NCBI GenBank assembly: GCA_002633005.1
Contig: NMRA01000420.1
Location: forward strand, 62,001 to 126,000
Reading direction: 5' to 3'
Length of the DNA: 64,000 nucleotides
Source: Phoronis australis
Taxonomy: Eukaryota; Animalia; Phoronida
The stretch's first letter is position 1. Every line of letters begins with the position of its first letter. Under the pieces are notes generated by a model. That model had not been told where the DNA came from, ran no database searches, and worked only from the letters and a program-made list of their open reading frames with translations. A program made the translations under genes and the position numbers. This document shows positions 50,804-64,000 of this stretch, one piece after another.

Positions 50804-51650
50804 CTTACATTGTGGTCTTTGTTCGTCGCAAATATTTGCTCACAGTAATGGTTAGAATGTGACAGTAAGGCGGGCGAATTAGAAAAGAATGTGTGTTGTT
50901 GAATTTGTAAAATTAGCATTTGTTATGTTCATAAACTGACTCCTCATCAGATGTCATTACGTGTACTAGTCAAACGGGGATGCCTGAGTCTAGATGGATC
51001 CACACGGTACGTCCACTGTCTGTCCTTCATTCCACACGTTCTTGTTATTGTGGAGATCGATAGCACCCTTCCGACATTATTTATAATCGATCAACACCCA
51101 AAATCAACTGATAAATAGTTTACGCAAACATGCTCCATTGTTTGCACTGTTGATTATTTAGTTGCAGCTCTGTGACCTATTGTAGCCTTATACCGTGTGG
51201 CTATCCTTTGTGTTTTGCAGCTAATCCCCAGATACGTCATTATTCATTACAACCGTTGATGTTACGTAACTAATTCATCGTTAGTTAAGACTTATATATC
51301 CTTCCAGGCTATTGCGATTGTAATTTATTTATTTTATTTACAGTGAAATGCGTTGAAATTTTTGCTGTGTTTCGAATAACACGTGGTGTCAGCACAGGTT
51401 TGTAAAATCATCCCGCGTCTCGGTAAAAGGACGTTAAACGGAAACTGTCATAAAATTGGCCATGACTTTCATTGAGCCGTAAGTTAGTGTTGTCTAACAT
51501 AAACTTGCTTTCATTTTTAAGTGATATTTAGTACGGGAACTCTCGACGCAAAAAGCAGCGTGAAAATTTCAACGCACGTAAGATTATTGACAGTTTAAAA
51601 ATTGTGTGTTTTATGGAAATATATGTATTTTATCACATGTTTCTATGTAA

Positions 51651-51666
51651 AATAAAATCTATTAAA
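51651..51666 (+). terminator. Candidate polyadenylation signals of Frizzled 5/8
   Basis: AATAAA (51651-51656) and ATTAAA (51661-51666) end an AU-rich stretch about 850 nt after the stop. Confidence 0.45.
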
Positions 51667-54559
51667 ACACTGAAAAAATATTTATATGAAACTGCAACCA
51701 TTCGTCAAGGACATGGAAATGGTTAATATTGACTAACTAAATATTTACTTGTAACTAAGTCAGATGATAAACAGAATGTTTTGTAAGTCGCCAGTTTCTT
51801 TTAGATGGAAATATTGTACGTGAAGTTACATAGCAAATCCAAGTGCTTCAACACAGGAATGCCACAAATTTGTTGTAACGAAAATTAACCTAAAATTTGC
51901 GCAATATTGGCCACGGTAACGAATGTGACCTGTTGAACGAAACAGCTTAGAATTAGAAAACGTGATCTTTTCGCTTACTAATCCCCTCTTGCATTTTTTT
52001 GTTATGTCTGTGAGGATCAAGGCTTGGTGAACTTAAACGAGCATCGTACATTCTGTGAGGCTATTAGCGATTGGCATGCGGTCTACTTTTTACCAAATTT
52101 ACTGAAGCAAAATAATTCCCTTCTCGCCCCCCGGCTTAAGGTTGTCTGTTCTCAAGCCACATATTATGTAGTTAACGAGTTCATGCAGATTTGTTTACAA
52201 GGCGGACGAAAGCCAGTTTAACGAACGAGAAGTGACGCGTATGGCGAAAACAAGCTCTCGGGGAGGAAAGTATTTCGCCAGTTCCCGTCTACTCCGAATG
52301 GAGTGGCTGCAATCAAACACAAATCACTTTTTATAGAATAGGAAAACGAAATCCTTTAAAAGCAACGATTTTTAATTGGGAAATAAAATGAAAGCTGAAG
52401 TTTGCATTATTTTTACGAATGCATACAATTCGTATAAAGCGTGAAAAAGTTTCGTCTTGTCACGGTCGCAGTCCAGAGTCGCCTAGTGCAGTAGTGTCGC
52501 TTGCAGTAGAATCGATGGCTTTGGTTGAAACCTGATTTGTATTGATGACTTCATTTAGACCAAGAACGTCTGATCAATAATCAATTTAAATCTAGCAGCA
52601 ATGTTCACTGCTTTAGCCACACATGTGGAAAGTATCGGCGTTTAAGCAAGCAAATCGATGGCTGGTCTCTCATCTGGCGCATGGATTACTCTTATCAATA
52701 TTTTGCACGTGTGAGATGTACCAATGAAGTATACAGTCTTGTTGAACGGTAGCCCGAGATGCCTATGTTGAACGCACCTTAGTTAACGTATGGTAGTAAT
52801 GTTGGGAAACTCTTGAGATCTGACCCGGCGGAAATAATAATAAATAGCTTGTTGAACAGCAAACATAGTCGCAGTTGAATGTGTAATAGACACACGCGAC
52901 TGGTTTATAAAATAATTTGATCAGGGGTCTTTCGCTCATTTCCCGTGTTTAATGCACAACAAGCACCCGACTTTCTTAATAAGTATCACTGGTCAATTTA
53001 AAACAAGATTTCTTCAGACAAAGGTTATTAATGATGGAACGTAACTCATTAGTAATATTCTAAATGCGGCGGATTGGTTTTTTGAAGCATTTTCGATGTT
53101 AAAAGCAGCTATAAAATTATTTTAACACTTTAATGTATTTCACATTTTTTAAAACAAAATGCAAAATATTTCCACAGTTTAGAAAGTTATGTGTAGAACT
53201 CTGAAATGTTGCGAAGTTACTGGAGATTAATATATATTTTTTAAATTTTACGCAGTTTTCACGATTTGGCAGAAACTTGAAGTTTTACTAAACAGGTAAT
53301 GTCGAAGTACAGTATTGAACGGTCGAATCCCCGTTGCACCTTTTTCACGGACTTTTGCAACATTGTATTTCCAGTACATTTTACTAAATTACTATACTAC
53401 AGATAGTTAATCATAATAACATTACCGGTATTATTATAATAATTCTAAATAATGAAATATACATGTCACAACAGTAATAACAATAATATTAGAATAATTA
53501 GGATAATTATTGAGAGAATAATAATAATTATTATTATTAATTTTAGCTTCAACGCAATTAACACTGTTATTGTCATTACAATTATTGTTATTATTATCAA
53601 AATGTCTAATATTTTTATCAGTTTTAATTGTTATTACATTCCATGAAGGTTACGTTAACCACGTGTTAAAAACACGGCACCAGCAAGTGGTAGGTAGACT
53701 AACAGCTTAGCACAGTCACAGTCGTCTCATGTTTGGTATCCTTTTATAAGTTGCGCTCAATGCAAACAAGCTAGTCAAACATATAAATACTCACATTTTG
53801 TTTACGGTTGTGTTCAGCTGGAGAAGTGTGAACTCCGGCGACGTTTAAGGTTGGTGAAGTCAAAAGGCTCCCCTTTCAGTCAACATCGCGCGTGCACCAG
53901 CACACGCGCGCTCACAGGCAACGTTTTGTGAACTTAAGGTCAGGCGTGACAGCTGTTTAATAATGCTACTGGTCATCTTAGCAACCGTAGAGTCTGCCAT
54001 TTTTACGGACTCAGTCATAACTACGTTATCTCGTCCGACAACCCATAGAAACAGCCGAATCTAGAAGTTCCCTATTTTGAAAACCATTTCATAAGCAAAA
54101 TACTCTAGATTGAAATGGATGCACGGAAACACCGCCAGAAAGGACTAAATATTATTAAAATCATTACAGACTTATATTTTCACAAAGCATAAACTATAAA
54201 GCTATGAAAGCACAAATTTTCGTTGAAAATAAAACAGTGGTGTGAACTGTCTTACTAGAGCCAACAGGAATTATTGATATGAGGCTCTATTGGTTTGTAA
54301 TGAGCGCTTACACTTGTGTTCAAGTTGCATATGGGAACCTTTCTAAACCTAGATTACGTAACGAGTTTAATATCTCTCAGTGGGATATGAATGACAGTAC
54401 ATCTGTCGATAGTCGGTAGCTATAGAAATATGTTGAAGTGCTGTGTCGAAGGTTCGTTTCACTTATTGTAGACTGTGCAAAGGAAGGCGGTTCAGATTCC
54501 GTAGAAATGGCGAATCATCTTTCAACTTGTATTCGACATAGCGTTACCAGTAATGTAAT

Positions 54560-54680
54560 GCTTATTATTATATTATTAATCATCATCATCGTCATCGTTA
54601 TCATTATCACTATCATTGTTATTGTTGTTGTTTTTGTTGTTCTTGTTTTTGTTGTTGTTATTGTTACCGTTGTTGCTGAT
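54560..54680. repeat. Compound trinucleotide microsatellite (ATT/ATC/GTT)
   Basis: Directly visible; similar AAT/ATT tracts at 1074-1097 and 53430-53600. Confidence 0.85.
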
Positions 54681-57600
54681 GCTATAGATTTACACCTACA
54701 GTGTGCAGTGCAAGGCCAAGTCTCAAACTTCAAACAGGAATAAATCAAGATATCCTTGGTGTTGAACCTTTCCATCGAAGCACTGAATGAATTTCAACTC
54801 CGATCATGGTTTTATCATGGGTCATTAGGAATGCCAACTTTCAAAACGAAAGAATTTCACCACGTAACATGAACTAAAATAATGGTTTATGATATGACGC
54901 ATCATGGAACTTCAAAGGCTTTTATAATTGACGACAAATTACATGTTTAACATCATTTGGGCGAGAGTGAATGTATGAAAGGCATTTTTTTCTAATATAA
55001 AATAGTCTATGTTTTACGTGTTTAAATTTAAAGTTCACTTTATCATATTTACAGAGCTTGGCTGTCGTCATAGTGAGGAAATACTTCGAAATAAAATTTC
55101 ATGAAATGTGGTGCAAGCATTTGAACTAAACAATAATTCGAATGACCTTTTTTCGTTAGTTTGCATTGAAGGAATGCTGCAGTCGAGTAGGTGTGATTCG
55201 GCGTGAATAAACCAACCGGACTTTTGGGGTATATACGCATACATCTTGGAGTACGGATAGGCGTATATGGACTTTATTGTTTACGTGGCATGAGACGTAA
55301 GTTTGTCGGAATTTCACCAGCCTACGTCAAAATGCACCGTATTTACCGTTTTAACCTGCATCAAAATTCAAAGAAACACCAATTTTATGCAGCATTTGTT
55401 CGTAAATGGCAAAAAATGGACAAAATTTGAAATTTTAGTTGATTGTGGTAAATGTGGAAATTCGAGAGTAAAAAACTCTTTACATGACGAGTCATCTCGT
55501 ACAAGTCAACCCAATAGAAACTATACCGCGTGTGGAGTTGCAAGATTTTTGTAAGTCCGTATTTTTCAACAAGGATTCTTTCAGTGATGCGAGGAAGTAT
55601 ACTCACACAGTTTTTACCGTAGACGAAGGCAGATGAACACTTAGGTAACTCACAGCAGGTTCGCGACTCCCTCTTCAGATATTTTCAGCAGATGGGCCTG
55701 ATAACGGAAATTCGGTTGCATTCCAATGGTGGCCTGTTTCGATTTCAGAGCTGACAAACGCGTATTTTAAAAATATTTTTCTTTTTTTTTGTATAATAGT
55801 GCTGTTATAAATAAGAGCGTTGGCCTGGTATACGTTAGAAGATTCGTGCTCTTTCGGTTATTTTTTACCAGTTTTGAACATAGAAGGCTCCTCCATCGAG
55901 ATCAATACAGCACTAAAATAAAAACATTTCGTTTATTACAGCGCCGTGTGTATTTGCTTTTGGCTGGCAATTCAATGAAGCTCAATACCGTTCAACTGTG
56001 ATGAACATTTTGTTGATGGGCGGCCCGAAATTGAAAACTAATGTTGGAAATTCCACGTTTAATACTGGTATTTTGAAAACATTTGAATCAAATAATAATG
56101 GGAAAATTGCGATAAAATTCCTATTATGTATTTTTTTAGTTGACAAGAAGCGGAAAGAGTGTTTTAAAAATCAGAGGAAATTATTCGTTTGCGACTGGTA
56201 ATAATTTGAGGACTTAGCTGAAGTCAAACAATTCTGACGGTAGACAGTCTTATTCGCAACCCGAGTGTTGTATGAAAAGCCAAGCTTCATAAATAATAGT
56301 TTTCTATTAACGATTTTTAAAAAATACTATTCTCGATGTTGTTTGGGCGCGAATATAAATCATTAATCTTGTCATAACGACGCTGTCGGGAATATGGTCT
56401 ACATGAATTTCACTAAATTTTCCAGTTTACCAAACACTCATCTTTTCATTCAGATTAAATCGCGTATTTTAACTAAGTTGCGCATTCTTGGCGGTTTGGC
56501 TTGTTACATTGACGATGTAGTGTCTTGAAAACGGTCATGTGATTTTCTTGGGCAATTGGCGATTCTATCTCCTTCCCGCGAGAGCCGTTTTTTACTGGTT
56601 CATATCCTTAATTTAATGACAACATACGATTAAGTGCCTGCCCACAAATTGGAAACACACGCGGATTTGTTAGTAGTCAAACAAGAGCAACTGTCAATGT
56701 TGCGACGACACTTGATCCGACTCTTGGGTTTGTCACATTAGAAAGTCTGTGTCGTTGCATCATGGGTAATCTCGTCTGATGTCGTGTGAACAACACAAGT
56801 GTCAACTAACTTGTTGAACAGTTCTATAAGGCGATGAGTTCCGGCTCGTATGTCAGTCAAGACCGGACAGCCGGAATGTGAAGTAAATAAGGGGTTCACA
56901 TTGCGGCCACACCAGACCAGCCTTCGACGCTTATTTCTCCGCATCACATTACGCTGCACTGTACAGTGGGCCCAGAGCCTGCGGCTTTACAATTCCCGTC
57001 GTAACAAGTGCGTTGGGCCATTCTGCTGCTTACACAATTTTATAAAAAAAATAAAAGCAAAACGTCACTAATGCCAGGTTGTTGCTAAACCATTGACAGA
57101 TTCGTACCGAGTCCTTTCACAGGCCACCGGGGAAAGCTTTTCTGGTCCACGTCAAGGGATAATGAAGTGAGAGATAGACCTACGTGTCACGTATCTAACC
57201 AAGAAAGCGTAGCGAGCACGCAATTACTCATCAGTCGAACTACGAGTGCTTGACTTGTGGCGCTCATTTGAGCATGATAGCTTTGAAATATATTATATTT
57301 GAAAATCACCAAACCAGGTGTGAAAAATTTGCGAACTTAAGACTTGTTATTCTCCGAAAACGTATGACTCATGGAATCACGACCGAAGTCATTATTTTCA
57401 TAAGAAAATACATAGTACATAAAAAATTGCTGTCTGAATGTTCCAATAACTGAGAAAAATATACAATTTACGAGAAATATTGAGATATACAATTGTTTAT
57501 ACAAAGCGACTAATTTGGATTTAATTCAGAATTGCGTGATTACCTCGTGGTTATCATCAAAATAACGAAGAGATCTCTATGATCCTCGCAAATTTTGGGG

Positions 57601-58962
57601 GTTACTATTCCAAAAACACTTGGGTTTATTGCAAACTTGGAGAGATAACTCAGGATTTTAGACTGCATAAGCCCAGTCAAGCACGTAGATAGGACGCAAC
57701 TCTTGACCTGAATTACTGCCACGGGGCTTACATTAGTATTTCGAAGAGCAAAAGTTGGTAAAATGTGAAAATTTAATGGCTGGATGATGCCAAAAACCTT
57801 GCTGCAATGTGACGCAAGATGGCGGTATGACACTGTTTCATCAAGCGTAAGCTTTATGCTACTGTATAGACACGTCACGCGTTATGTAAAATCAGTGCCA
57901 TCTTCATACCTGTAGTTCATGTACAAGAATGCTTTTAAAAATATTCAGTTGTTTCAAAATTTAGATATTAATGGATGCGACTCACGATAAAAGAAATTAC
58001 TTTTGTTAATTATGATGATATTCAGTTTAATATTGTTGACTTGTAGTCACAAACTCGCCATTGTTCCTTAAGCTGCATTTGTGCAATAAAGTTACGCATG
58101 CATATGTGCAAAGAAAATGAGGGTGACTCAGTATAATTCGATCGGGGCGATAATTATAGTCAGTCTGACGGCAATGACATCCGCCAACTCACTCATGACA
58201 CGTAATGATTAGCGAAAACTCCTGGGCGAAAACTGTCAACCCAACCTCATAACCGCGCATCAAAAACGAGTGTTTTCCGTAGCCTACTTGAAATTTGAAG
58301 GATTGAAATCAAGCCCGACCGGTTGTCGTAGGTTTAGTGTTTTCACAATACATCTAGACATCTCGTCATTAGCATGTCACCTATCCGTTTGCTTGTCACT
58401 CGCGCTAAGCCGTATGAAGAGCGAGCGTCTATACAACAGCTCGCTACTTAAGTACGGCCGAGTTTCAATTATATTCAGAAGAGCTCTCAAAGAACAATCG
58501 AAACAAATATTTGAACTAAATCTTCTCCGCAGCCGGTCTCTGAGATTGAGTCGAGTGCCTGTCGCTCTGTCGAGCTGTCGTTGGTTCATGGCGCTGTTTA
58601 CCACACACTTAAAGTTGGACACATTTATAGAGCCCCGTCCTACTGGGGTTCATTGGTATGCAGTAACAACTCTCAGCCAGTTACAAGAACCTCGTCTTGC
58701 CGTCATGCCATACGGACAGTATTGTTACCTGTGTGAGAGAAAGCTTAACTATCAATGAAAAAAAGATGAAAATGCAACTATCCACCAAATCTCCTTGTCG
58801 GTGGACTGTTCATCATGGCCCCTTCCGTGATGCAGGAGTTGGATCTTACAAGTCGTATTCCCATGCACGACTTGACTGCTTCCTAAATATTTTTACGCCT
58901 TGTAGATCACAACGTTTCTGACCTTCTTTTGTAGAACAGCTCGGTCGTGATTTTAATGAAAT

Positions 58963-58982
58963 ACACACACGCACGCGCACGT

Positions 58983-59042
<60 letters not shown>
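58963..59042. repeat. (CA)n microsatellite
   Basis: About 40 CA/CG dinucleotides ending at a single N (59043). Confidence 0.97.
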
Positions 59043-61606
59043 NAGTGGTGGAATGAACGAACATGACCCATCTATGACTATTAAGGTTCATTTGAGAAAA
59101 ATATTGCAATAGGCCAATCTGCCCACATATTATAAAATATGTGGGCCAGTTTGAAAGCGCTTATACTGAATTGCTTATACAGCACAGTGTGCCATCAGAA
59201 GTTTGGCCAATGGCCGCGCGTGACAAGTGAACGTTAAAGATGTACTTGGCTTCTATTTAGCTACAAATGTTGAATTCTAAAGCTCTTTGGGGTTTAAAAC
59301 GTAACCAGTCTCATCCGAACTTGTATTATTACCGAATGACCCAGCAACTCGAATCAGACATTGAGTATATGCACCATTTTCGAATATGCAACTTTTAACC
59401 TCTGAAGATTTTTGTGGAATCGTTGATGGTTTGGATTTTGTTTGTTAACTGGAATAGAATCCTACCACGATGAGGAGTATTATGTTCGAGCTTCAGAAAA
59501 TAAATGTACTGGCCCGAGGGAAGGGTGGAGGAGAGGGGAGGGGGGGGGGAGGCAGTTACTTGAACATGATACCACATCCACATAGGCCTTTATGTGAAAG
59601 TTTACTGGCCCGGCCGAAAATCCACTGGCCCCGGGCCACCGGGCCAGCGCATATTTCGAACGCTGATTATGAGACCGATTTTATGAGAGTAAAATGTTTA
59701 ATTCGACATTCGTTTTTTTCAAACAAAATAGGGCCAAATGCAGTATTAAATACATTTCAACTACCAACAGGGTTCCCGTCACTTATTCGGCTGAAGACAA
59801 CGAAGAACGATTTATGCCAGGCGCTGATGATCGCACATTGCCAATACGTACGTTTGATTTTCATATTTTATCTTTTAACTTTTCTCCGTTTTCCCCAAAT
59901 CACAAATCCGGAAACGGCTCGGAGTTAAACCACAAGTCTTTAGTCATTTTTATACACCTGAAAGCGCACATTAGTAACCGCTCATTATTCAGTGACAAAG
60001 GATTTACACATCGCATTTAATCAGTCACAAAGTAAAATGTCTTAGAAGCCCAACAGGAGGGCCACCAGCTCTGGCGCTGCACTCAAACACACGTCTTAAC
60101 ATCCCTTGAGCTGTTCTTGTGGCGGCACTCAGCTAATATGTCCAACTCCTTATGTTTATATTTACGGTATTATGTTCGTATTATGCAAAAGTATTGGAGT
60201 TCCGAGAAGGAACAAACGTTAGTATAAATAGACAATATTAAAATAGACTGCTGACGACAGACTTGCTGCTAACTTGCTGTAAATTGAACATAGAAAAAGC
60301 GCAATCAAATCGACGGAAAAAGACCAATTTATAATGACGGCGTAGGTATACTATAAAACTGTACAGAGGCTCTGTCAGGAAACCAGTGAAAAATTAACGG
60401 AAAAAATAAAATCTAACACGAAAATACTTTGTAATGGCGGCAGCAAGGTCCTGGAAAATGCTATTTCGCGAGACCACAGAAAACGTCTTTCTGCAGACAG
60501 TCTAGATAATGCATTAAATATATTTGCGTGCTAATAACTGATGAGATGTTGAGACATAACATAGTTAACCATGACGAGTTTTTATTGTCAGTACATATTT
60601 ACTCCTTTCTATTTCTAGCCCTGACGTGCAGTAGGAACACTCGAAATGTTTAGTCGCTGAATAAGGCTGCATCCCCGATAACGTTTTCTTAATTCGCCTT
60701 TACAAGATTCATGATGAGCGCTAATGAGTGGGGCGGAGCTTAGGCACAAATGAGGTTTTGATTAACGCAGTAGGAAACTACTGTTGAGAGGTTGGGTCCA
60801 CTGCCAGTTTAAGGGGTGCTATGCTAGGCCGCACCGACGTGAAAATGAGCTTCAAAGTGTCTAATCGATCACTAAATACTTGAGTCTGTTAGAGATTTAT
60901 GTAAACATAAAATTTAATAATACCAACTAAATTAAGACATTTAATTAAATCAAGTTAGTCACACATAGTCCCACCCCTTAATGAAAAATGATCGAATTTA
61001 CCCGTTGTTCACGCCATCTGCTTTGCAAACTGGTTGGTCTGGCGAGCTGTCACGGCGAAGTACATCAATTAGTGGCGAAATCGCTGGAACTCCAAATCCT
61101 AAGTACCTCGGCATTGACATATGCAACTTACAGAGGACGCTAATTGTAAAACAGCTGAATTTGTCACGGCTCAGCAGGCCAGCAATACGCAGGCTCTTCG
61201 CCTTTGACAACACTATTGAATGCGTTGTGTAGAAAAATAGGCGTAAAGGAAATCGTGTTTAATAGTCGCTATGTACGTGGGAACCCGGTCCCACAAACTT
61301 GAGTATCGTTCTCACTTTTTCTATAAAATGTAAGAATCGTTTTGCAAGATAAGCCTTCTTAGGTGTTATTTTTCACGCTTTTCCGCAAAAATGTCCGCCT
61401 CAACCCACCAAACACGACTTCCAAGTTTCTGTTTATTTTTGAAACCACACAACAGTCTGTTAAGTGCCACAGTTTTAACCAAAGTTTAACTAACGGTGCA
61501 TTTCGCCCTCTTAATCTGACTAAGAACGAAAATCGAATCAGGCCTTTTACTCTAAAAATAGGCCTAATAATAAACGTTTCTCCAATAGGATGCCATTTTC
61601 GTTACC

Positions 61607-61834
61607 CATGCGCGCACCCAGCCTAAAAAATGGGGGGACTCGATTTTTTGAGAATGTGGACCTTTTACTAATATTCACAGGGTACGCTTAGAGCTATGAA
61701 TTGTGCATATGCCGAATTTTGGTAGTTCCTACCTTTTTAGTGGACTTTTGTCTCGTTTTCTACTTTTTTCGGAGTTTTTGTTTCGCTGAGGCAGACCATT
61801 TTTCTTACTTTTCCACTCCCTGGGTGCGCGCATG
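61607..61834. mobile_element. MITE family with CATGCGCGCACCCAG TIRs, copy 2
   Basis: Perfect 15-bp TIRs CATGCGCGCACCCAG/CTGGGTGCGCGCATG with exact 5-bp TSD TTACC. Confidence 0.85.
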
Positions 61835-64000
61835 TTACCAAAAACGACAAATAAATCATCCGGGACTCAAGAAAACACTTCAGTTTATTGGGGTTGGCAA
61901 ACTCTAAAATTGCGAAATCGAAAACAGTGCATGCACGCATCGCCTGTAAATTGATTTAGTAATTGAAATAGTACACTATTATTTCTGGAGTATTTTGAGA
62001 CCGAATTTTGAGGACAAAATACTTAATTCGGTTTTTATTTTTTTTGGTCAGGTAACCAGGACGAAATACAATTTTAAATATTCTCCTTTCCAGTTTCACA
62101 TCCCAAATCACGTACACGTGCTTTGCAATGTTCATGGGATATTTGTAAAGTAAATTGATGTGTATCATTTGGCTACAAAGGCACGTTACACTTCGCAAGT
62201 TCAGTTATTAGAACATTGAGACATGTCACGTGATCATTTTGAATGAACACCAGAGGAGTCTATTTCCAAACAATTTCAGCAGAGCTGAATTCAGCCATTT
62301 GCAGCGATGTAATGTGGGAACTTGAATACGGCTAAATTAAACACTGCGTCCAACTTTTGTATTACGTCATTGTCACTGACTTTTTATCTCCTCAAACATA
62401 AACATAAACATCATAATCGTTTACAAGAATTAAATAGAAATTAAACAAAGTCAAGTACCACACATGACTTTTTGGCCACTTTCGAGTTTGCCGTCAGGTG
62501 GCACCGGTGGCTAATCAGCCTGACCACTGAGCCATACCATTCTCCCGTAAAGTAACGCTAGAACCTCGCTGAAAAGCAAGACTTCGCGAGATTACGTGAG
62601 ATATTGCAGTGTATTTTGAATGAGATCACGTGACTTTGGATAGATTTTAGCTAGATCCTAGCGTTTACTGAACGCACGCCTGGAAAAGCTCATTGGCCTA
62701 AGTTCAGTGTGACTTTGGTCATGGAACTCTCGGTCTCAATGCAACAATTGTGGATGACAGAGGAGATCATCAGCCAAAGCTCAAATATTGCGAGCTTTGT
62801 ACTTTCAGAAAATATATACTATTTCTGTGTTCAAATTCTTGCTAAATAACGTTATAACACGAGAGCTTAAAAATCTACTTTTTACAGAAAAGATGCACCT
62901 TAGAATACGAAGTTTTTCGAATATAAAATGCTTGAAACTATACCTAGCCACACAAGAAAAATGAAATTACCCCCTTGATGGAAAATCTAGAAATACAAAG
63001 ACCAAATAACAAGTATCTTGCATTCGTACCTCACGATGGTATAGAATCGAATGCCAAACGTATCCGAACGATTATCGAATCATATCCAAGAATCATTCGC
63101 CATAAATATTGATTGAATGGTTCAACGGTTGGACGTTGCTTATTCGTCTGTATGGGCTTATTTTTGAGGTGGTCTGAATAAATATTTTTCTCGCGTGTAT
63201 GATGCTGCGATTCGTATGTATCTATGTGTTTTTTATCATTCATTGGTTTTCGTGCCGTCGATTCAGTGGTTCATGGGCTTCTTCGTACAATTGTCAACTT
63301 ATGTTGCAATAAAATAGGATGGTTTATAGTTCACGTAGGTCCTTATTAGAAAAGCAAGAAGAGAAATGTTTCCCTATGAGTCAACGGATGAGACATTCAT
63401 TAAATGACTTCGTCCCCAAATGAACGGTCCTCATGGGGGAGGCAGCATGAACAACGATTTTCAGTCCGACAGAGGTCCCTCGGGTATTAATTATATCCGC
63501 GTGACTGCACTTGGTGCATGTATCGTCTCCTCTTGATTATTTCAAAACAACTTAGGAACCAATATGAGTTAAGCTCAAACGAGATTGATAGATTTTGTGT
63601 TACCAATCACCCGATACCCATGTGATTGACATGTGCATTGTCCACAGGGTAACAGCCACTCATTACCTGCCCGCATTTTCAGAACCCGTATTCTACGCTG
63701 AATAACTTTCTCAAATTCCGAGACCTTTTTAAGAGCACAAAATAAAACATGAAAAGTGCTAAAATGATAATTAAAATCAGTGAATAAATCATTCAAACTA
63801 CTATGTTAAATGTTAAAGGTTAAATTCAATGATTCTACGTCGACAAAGAAAAGATGCAACTATTTTTGTTGCATGTTAATGTAAAATATTCAATAAAACG
63901 AACTTTGTTGAATAATTTTAAAGCTTTACTCATAATGAATTCCAATGTACAACACATACCTCCACACATAGTACATTATCAATGCTTCGGGTACGAAAGT

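Noticed and set aside
53452-54775. Hydrophobic Ile/Val-rich and Thr-rich ORFs
   Set aside because: Translations of ATT/ATC/GTT microsatellites, lacking the splice context and shared motif seen for genes A and B.
59121-59146. 11-bp inverted repeat GCCCACATATT/AATATGTGGGC (similar-sized one at about 23942-23977)
   Set aside because: Short. It resembles the terminal hairpin of the Helentron-like family and lies next to a microsatellite, so it is probably a repeat remnant.

Overview
AT-rich genomic DNA from an invertebrate animal; the repeats and gene structures suggest a lophotrochozoan, but this cannot be proven here. It has one 618-nt gap (44893-45510) and two single-N joins. Two developmental regulators point away from each other about 27.5 kb apart. 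One is a three-exon KLF6/7 (luna-type) Kruppel-like factor on the minus strand (CDS exons 21435-21536, 8389-9004, 5629-5813; 300 aa). The other is an intronless Frizzled 5/8 on the plus strand (49079-50803; 574 aa). Between them lies the most unusual feature: a head-to-head pair of small single-coding-exon genes (34146-34508 minus, 120 aa; 38669-38935 plus, 88 aa). Both encode predicted two-TM microproteins sharing a G-x-x-C...CY-x-[IL]-x-x-D-x-x-A-[IV]-[IL]-L-x-x-x-G signature, apparently an unnamed paralogous family. The rest is non-coding: many MITEs (8-bp, 5-bp and 3-bp CWG TSDs), a 2-kb inverted pair of Helentron-like elements carrying CTCF-like motifs, mini/microsatellites, and a 750-bp tandem duplication that is probably an unmerged haplotype overlap. 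All calls are by eye; no database searches were run.
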